Source of the DNA: Chrysomallon squamiferum
Taxonomy: Eukaryota > Animalia > Mollusca
Direction: 5' to 3'
Length of the DNA stretch: 64,000 nucleotides
Assembly (NCBI GenBank): GCA_012295275.1
Contig: CM022665.1
Location: forward strand, 30,318,001 to 30,382,000
Positions 57,721-64,000 of the stretch are shown piece by piece. How positions within the stretch are numbered: the stretch's first letter is position 1; every line of letters begins with the position of its first letter. The position numbers were made by a program, and so were the translations under genes. Below the pieces are notes generated by a model. That model was not told the origin of the DNA, did not search any database, and saw only the letters and a list, made by a program, of their open reading frames with translations.

Positions 57721-58099
57721 ATATATATATAAAATGAATGCATTATGATGAAGTCAGCACAAAAATATCTCTATCACATTGAACTGTACAAACGTCCTAT
57801 CTACATTCTAACATATGCTGTATGTACAAACTCCAAAACAAGACATTCCGGGATCGATTCTTGATGCGGGTCAGAATGGAGGTTAATAGAAAGAGCGAAT
57901 TTCTGTATTGTGCGCGACTTCCGCCGCACGTGAGTCCTGCAATTGAGAGCTGCACGCTGTACATACGAGCGATTCTAACACTGTGAACGGTTCAGCAAGT
58001 GTGTGTTTGCACAAAATGATTAATGTTAGTTTATGGTTAGCTTTGGCAATATGCTGTAAAAAGAAAACATGCGGTTTGGGTATTTCTCGCTTTTATTTT

Positions 58100-58134
<35 letters not shown>

Positions 58135-58399
58135 CTCATTTATTTCAGAAATAATTATATTTTGAATTCACACAAATAAAGGCGAATCCGATCATTCCTC
58201 TGTGTTTACACAAACGAACAGCGTGGAGTCATCTCTCTTTCATGTGCAATTCGCTTTTAATGGCTTCTAGTACAAAAGCGAAACACACAGAACATTTTCG
58301 TACTGTAATGTATCAGGTATTAAAGGCTTAAGCGAAAACACAGATCGAGCTATTAAAAAAGCATTAAGATATAAATAGCTGCACTGTATTGCAGCTTCT

Positions 58400-58815
58400 T
58401 TATCATTGTTTTATAATGTTTTAACTTTGCTTTATTACGTATCATTATTGCTTTGTAACTTAATATCGTTGTTTTGTAACTTAATATCACACTGTTTCGT
58501 TACATATCTTCTTTTTTTGTTTTTTTGTTTCTTGTAACGTAGTATTTGTTGTAATATATTACCAAAGCTTTTTAACGTATAGTCATTGCTTTATAACACC
58601 GTCGTTGTCTTGTAATTTATAACTGTTTTGTAACTCTTTATCACACCTTTGTAGTATTTTATCATAGCTTTTTTTTTCAACATGGCTTTATAACGTATTA
58701 TGTTAACTTTGTAACCTATTATCATTGTTTCGTAACTTAACACTGCTTTGAAACGCGTTATCGTTGTTTTTGCAAGGTATTATGAATAATTTGTGATTTA
58801 TTTTTTGTAATCTAT
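58400..58815. repeat. Degenerate ~22-bp minisatellite
   Basis: Recurrent TTGCTTTGTAACNTATTATCA-like units. Confidence 0.65.
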
Positions 58816-59262
58816 AATAAACATTTGGTAAATTATTGATACGTGGAGATTGCTATAGTATAATTAATAGAATGTGATGGATCGAAGGATCAAACCTTTT
58901 TACACTGCTGTTTTTTTATGTCTCCAGTCCGTGTTAATGACTAGGTTGATGGTTGTGGTATATGCTTCCCTGTTCATGACAAAGTCAGTCTAAAAGGTCA
59001 CTTACTTCAAGTCGATACAGAGGTCTTATAGTAAGCTTTGGCAATATGCTGTACAAAAGCCAAAACACACACAACATTTTCGTATGCTAATATTTTAACA
59101 GAAAATTTCTCGGGTTTGATTAAAATATCTATTCGCTTATTATCATAGCGTCTTTATTTTTAAAGCAAACTGTGCTATTACTTTTTTCGTCTAGATTATT
59201 TTTGATACTAGTATTTGAAATATATTATAAATGATATACAGAACATATTTTGTTACAGAGAG

Positions 59263-59485
59263 GTAGTAATAATAGTAGTAACAGCGACAGTAGTAGTAGT
59301 AATAATAGTAGTAATAATAGTAGTAATAGTAGTAGTAATAATAGTAGTAGTAGTAGGAGTAGTTGTAGCAGTAGTAGTAATCATAACAATAAAAGTAAAA
59401 TTTGTAATAGTAATACTAGTGGTGGTAGTAGTAGTAGCGGTAGTAGAAGTAGTAATAGTAGTAGTAGTGGTAGTTGCAGTTATAG
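59263..59485. repeat. Degenerate (TAG/TAA)n trinucleotide tract
   Basis: Direct reading. Confidence 0.92.
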
Positions 59486-60782
59486 GATTAGTTACATCAT
59501 TAGGTGTTATTGTTGTAGCTTGAACGGTGATGGTCGAAGCAGTAATACTGGAATTAACAGCTGTAACAATAATAATGTAATGTTTTTTTTTTGTTTTTGT
59601 TTTTTATAGCTGCTGTTACGTTTAGAGTATTTAAGCATTTTACACATTATATCCAGTTATAAACAGTAGACTTACATTAAAAAAAAAAGTGAATCAAAAG
59701 ATTATTCAGTATCTATGTGTATTTATTTTTTTAAATAATCTAGATGCCATGCAGTGCATAATTAATATCTTCGCACTTTAACACTAAAATAACAATTATT
59801 CATCATTTAACACTGCGCAGACAATGCACGATGTGAAATTAATTAGACATCACTTCCACCAAATTAATGTTCAGGCTCTGTTAGCTATCATACGGATTCG
59901 ATTACCGTATCTTGATAATCTGATATCAAATTTAAATAATTAATCCACTGTTACAAATTTATATGTCTCTGTTGAATGAATATTTGTCTGGTAATCTTTA
60001 ATTTATCTCTCGTAGTTGTATAAATATGATATCAGTTTCTTAAAAATATTCGTTACATTAACTTAACAGAAATGTTTTACAGTAGCTTTAATACATGATG
60101 GCTTAGGCAGATAAATGTCTTCTGCACGAATGGATTTAACTTCGCTTGTCCAGTCGTGTTTGGAGAAGAGACTGAAGGATAAAATAGAAATATTTTCAAC
60201 CAAATAAAATAATTTTTAATTAAGTAGAGGCACTGGATATACAACTTGGAACACGTTAAGGAAATGTTTAACATGGTTCCTAATACCTCCACCAATACAA
60301 ACACAGAATGAAATACATAAATTATAAACTGAATGAGTGACTATGTAAAGTGGTTTAAAACATCTTACAAAGTTTCACAGTTATTTACGAATAGGTAACA
60401 TGTGTATATAAAATTACAGTGTGTCTACATAATCATATGTAGAACATTAATTTTCTAATACAGTACAAGATTTTAAGTTTGTCATATCGAAATTTTTTGG
60501 CAATGATTTAACTGATTTTGGCCAAAGAATGTAGAAAGCTGAGCTTTTGGACAGACTTATATATCTGTACACATATACATATACATACTTAAACATATAC
60601 AAAAGTTTGTCTGTCATTTATATTTATATTTATATCCGCAGTAACACTAAAATACAAAGTAAAAGGTAAAAATATATATAAGCACTAAAGTCTTTCTTTT
60701 TGAACTTGGTTTGCATCACTTGTAACATATTTTCGTGTTATATATCCTCGTACTTATCATTTTAATGTATTTCCAGGTTGTA

Positions 60783-60803
60783 ATGGTGCTGGTAGGAAGG
60801 TAA
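60783..60803 (+). promoter_or_regulatory. Upstream ORF (MVLVGR*) in the 5' UTR part of the first coding exon
   Basis: ATG GTG CTG GTA GGA AGG TAA lies between the acceptor (60776) and the main ATG (60823); context gtaATGG; it stops 19 nt before the main start. Confidence 0.6.
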
Positions 60804-60822
60804 GGTCAAATCCACGGGAGTC

Positions 60823-61119
60823 ATGGAGCGGGAGCTAGGGCCATCGCCCTTCCGCCTCTTTACACGGGATTCGCTGTTCAACATCGAAAGGCGAATAGCC
60901 GAAGAAAAGGCTGCAAAGGAAGCCCAGAAAATAGCGGCGGAGGGGTCCGATGAATCTGAAGATGAAGTCGAGGAACCGAGCCACAATGAACCGGAACCAA
61001 AACCTAACCCAAAGCTGGAGGCTGGACGGAAGTTACCGCCATCTTTGGAAGACTACGCTACTCCAGATATCATCGGGAGACCTGTGGAAGACATTGATGA
61101 ATATTATCATAATAAAAAA
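60823..61119 (+). CDS. Nav1: Voltage-gated sodium channel alpha subunit (Nav1/para/SCN-like), coding exon 1 (cytoplasmic N-terminus, 99 codons); the exon begins in the 5' UTR at about 60777
   Basis: Translation MERELGPSPFRLFTRDSLFNIERRIAEE...PKPNPKLEAGRKLP...IGRPVEDIDEYYHNKK matches the Nav alpha N-terminal motifs (FRxFTRESLxxIExRIAE; PKPNxxLEAGKxLP; PLEDxDxYY). Acceptor TATTTCCAG ends at 60776. ATG context is gtcATGG. A phase-0 donor GTGAGA lies at 61120, the same position as the first coding intron of vertebrate SCN genes. Nav1 versus Nav2 is judged from recalled N-terminal similarity only; the selectivity filter is outside the window. Confidence 0.95.
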
Positions 61120-61683
61120 GTGAGATCTGGTTGAACGTTTAAATTACCCATGAGCATTAGCGCGATAAATTATGTTAAGAATATTACCACAACAAAATAA
61201 GTTAGGAATGCTACCACTATAAAATGAAAGATAGGATCACTGCCACAACAAAATATGTTAGGAAAACTACCACTATAAAAAATAAAAAAAAGAGAGAGAG
61301 AGAGAGAGAAAAAAAAAGAAGGATCATTGTCACAATAAAATGAGTTAGAAATACTATCACTATAAACAAAACAAACAAAAACTATGGATCACTGCCACAA
61401 CAAAATAAGTTAGGAATACTACCACTATAAAATAATAATGTTAGAAACATTACGACAACCCAGTATATTTTAAATAGAAGAGTAAATACTGAAATACAAT
61501 TCACAAGTTAGTGATATTTTTTCAAACACTGGGGCCTATTACCTCAATGTTTATGGAGATAGATATATTTATTTCCTTGGCTTTTAAACTCAGTAATGTT
61601 GTTCTGTGTTTTATATCAAGGCTAGCGTACGTATGTCACATGCGTGTCACCATCAACAGCAACAATGTAATAATGTTACAATA

Positions 61684-61724
<41 letters not shown>

Positions 61725-62219
61725 AATGACAAGTGCAACACGAGATAAATAATAATAATAATGTTTTTCTCAACATTTCTACTGACACGTCATCATTTCT
61801 AAAAATGATTCGCTTTTTCTGTTCGATGTAATCCCTAAGTAAACTCTCTTGCGTTGAAAAAGTAAATCAATTTTAATTATGAATGATGACGATCGATGTT
61901 TAGCTGCTCATATCTTTTCCACTGAGTTTCAAAGGTGCACAGCCTTCTCGTTAAAGCTTAGTTTTATTGTCATTGTTAATTAATTTTGTATTACTGTATA
62001 CTTTAATCATTACATTATTTTTCTGTTTCTTTTATGTATATTTATTATTTTTAAAATCACACACAAAAAAACATATATGTGGGTGCGTGTAAGCATATAT
62101 ATATAATATATATTATATGACATCTAATAAACCATTAAATATTATTTTTACTAATACAGTAAACATATATAGTAATAGTAAAGTATTATGTGATAACAAA
62201 TGTGTATGATCTCTTTCAG
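61120..62219 (+). other. Nav intron (U2-type GT-AG, 1100 nt, phase 0)
   Basis: GTGAGA at 61120 and CTCTTTCAG ending at 62219; joining gives the in-frame HNKK|TFCVI (vertebrate equivalent NKK|TFIVL). Confidence 0.93.
61165..61460. repeat. Degenerate dimeric tandem repeat at the 5' end of the first coding intron
   Basis: Alternating GTTAGGAATACTACCACTATAAAA and GGATCACTGCCACAACAAAATAA subunits, interrupted by an A/GA tract. Confidence 0.8.
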
Positions 62220-62338
62220 ACGTTCTGTGTTATTGGCAAGGACAAGACAATCTACCGGTTCAGCGCCTGCGACGCCCTGTTTTTGCTGACTCCATTTAAC
62301 CCCATCCGCCGTGCAACCCTTTTCATTCTCGTCCATCC
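62220..62338 (+). CDS. Nav1: Nav alpha subunit coding exon 2 (119 nt; end of N-terminal domain)
   Basis: [39 protein letters not shown](P) aligns with the conserved TFIVLNKGKxIFRFSATxALYILTPFNPxRxxAIKILVH. The 119-nt length equals that of the homologous vertebrate SCN exon, and the exon ends at a U12 donor. Confidence 0.96.
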
Positions 62339-63584
62339 ATATCCTTTTAACATGACCATTACCAGGCCTACTGTCACCACTATCACTATGATCACTATTA
62401 CTACTCTGTTGCAAACACCGTTACTACTACTACTACTATTGTTATTACCATCAGCATCAATTCTACAGCTACTACTCCTACTGTTAGTAGTACTACAGTT
62501 ATTGCTTCTATTAATATCAGCAATATTATTATTACTGCTCCTACTTCTACTACTACTAATAAAAGTATTACTAGTGCTACTACTATAATCACTACAACAA
62601 CGACATCGACAAGAACGATGACCACAACTGCTACTGTTGGTAGTAATATTATCACGATTGCTACCATTACTGACGCTTCTATTATACCGCCAGTAATAAT
62701 AATAACAATAATAATAATACCAAATATATATATATATTAAATAAATAAAAAATAGTAAATAAATAAACGGAAAAATGAAAACGTTAAAGATTATTTTAGA
62801 AATTTCGAGACAAAAAAACAAACAAAAAAGAATGGATTCTTGGAAAAGCCGAAAAAAGAGACATGAAGGAATGAAAGGCAATAAAAAGAGTCGTTTTAAA
62901 AAAACAGATTTTTAAAACTACATTTTTTATTTCTTTCTACGACTTTAAATGTCAAAGTTAGTCAAGTAATTTCAAGACCCTCTATGGAAATTACTTCTGG
63001 TGCATTAGAGCACGAGATCTGATATAAATGCGCAAATAAGCGACGAATGATAGCAATCGAAATCGACGGCTTTCTGCTGTAAAGCATAAAAATCACCTAT
63101 TAAATTTTGTAGAGACAGACTAGCGACATTTAACAAAAAATATACTATTTTTTAAATAGGGAGTGATTGCCTTAACACAACAAGATTTCAATGGTTTATT
63201 TAGAAAATTGTTACTTATGTATACAAGGAAAATTATTTTTGTTCTTTTACTTTTGGCTGATTTTTTTTAGGCCAGTGTTATGCATTTATATGAAACAAAT
63301 GATAAAATATACAATTATAATTCGACGACTGCATTTCTTGTAACTACAAAAACACTGGCCAGTGTTCCGACCTAAAAAAAAAAAAGGGTAAACATATTGA
63401 CTGAAAGTATCGGCTCAATGACCGGGACCTACGGTGTAGTGTATTTTGGTTGAGTGGTGAATTGTGATACTGTTATCCCTAATTCTTACTCTCTTCTATT
63501 CAGTATTTTGAAGTTATTCAAATTCCCAGTTTAGTATGTGTCATTTTACATCTTCACAAATCTTATTAAATCTTCAAAATGATG

Positions 63585-63619
<35 letters not shown>

Positions 63620-63821
63620 TTAATTAATTTAAAGAAAAACTAAGTTTTAATAATGTTTGTCTAAAATCATTTATCAAATATAACTACTTTTTTCCCCCTC
63701 CCCAACACTGGTTTTCTAATATTGTTTTATTAATCGTGTGTGAGTGTGTGATATTAATAATACTTATTGTGTTAATTATATGAAACATTTGTACTTGTGC
63801 GATTTCCTTAACACCACTCAC
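62339..63821 (+). other. U12-type (minor spliceosome) AT-AC intron, 1483 nt, phase 2
   Basis: 5' end ATATCCTTTT (62339-62348); branch site TTCCTTAAC (63804-63812); terminal AC at 63820-63821, about 10 nt after the branch A; no polypyrimidine tract. Splicing restores the frame (CC|A = Pro) into IS1. Confidence 0.95.
62355..62720. repeat. Degenerate (CTA/TTA/CAA)n trinucleotide tract at the 5' end of the U12 intron
   Basis: Direct reading. Confidence 0.9.
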
Positions 63822-63905
63822 AATGTTTAGTCTTTTCATCATGCTTACCATCATTGTTAACTGTGTCTTCATGACAAACACAAATGCACCAGAAGATTAT
63901 GTCGA
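63822..63905 (+). CDS. Nav1: Nav alpha subunit coding exon 3 (84 nt; domain I S1 helix and S1-S2 loop); gene continues beyond the window
   Basis: Manual translation (P)MFSLFIMLTIIVNCVFMTNTNAPEDYV(E) matches IS1 (LFSMLIMCTILTNCVFMT...VE). It is followed by a phase-2 donor GA|GTGAGT at 63906. Not present in the ORF track. Confidence 0.95.
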
Positions 63906-63932
63906 GTGAGTTTTTTATTTTTATTTCCTCTT

Positions 63933-63936
<4 letters not shown>

Positions 63937-64000
<64 letters not shown>
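63937..64000. repeat. (CT)n microsatellite running to the window edge
   Basis: Direct reading. Confidence 0.96.

Noticed and set aside
1172-60304. Many 60-200 aa ORFs rich in I/L/Y/N/CV/HT/ER
   Set aside because: Translations of microsatellites and low-complexity DNA, many with non-ATG starts.
61120-61134. ORF-track ending VRSG* of the Nav ORF
   Set aside because: Read-through into the intron; homology resumes at 62220.
60762-62414. Minus-strand ORFs 60762-60986 and 62151-62414
   Set aside because: Antisense shadows of the GC-richer Nav exons.

Overview
AT-rich, microsatellite-dense animal genomic DNA; the protein looks molluscan, but the species cannot be fixed from this window. About 60 kb is non-coding. 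The only supportable protein-coding sequence is the start of a voltage-gated sodium channel alpha subunit (Nav1/para/SCN-like) on the + strand: coding exons 60823-61119, 62220-62338 and 63822-63905, with the gene running off the right edge. The intron between coding exons 2 and 3 (62339-63821) is a complete U12-type AT-AC minor-spliceosome intron (ATATCCTTT donor, TTCCTTAAC branch site, AC acceptor), and the third exon is absent from the ORF track. The upstream 60 kb looks like a very large 5' regulatory/5'-UTR-intron domain. It holds a candidate promoter/first exon near 10 kb, several candidate small non-coding exons, motif-loaded minisatellites (most notably 13 copies of a 46-bp E-box/AP-1 palindromic unit starting at a splice donor), a decayed hAT-type MITE and many simple repeats. 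Nearly all other listed ORFs are microsatellite artefacts. I see no convincing evidence of a wholly new gene system; the best leads concern splicing and regulation of the Nav locus.
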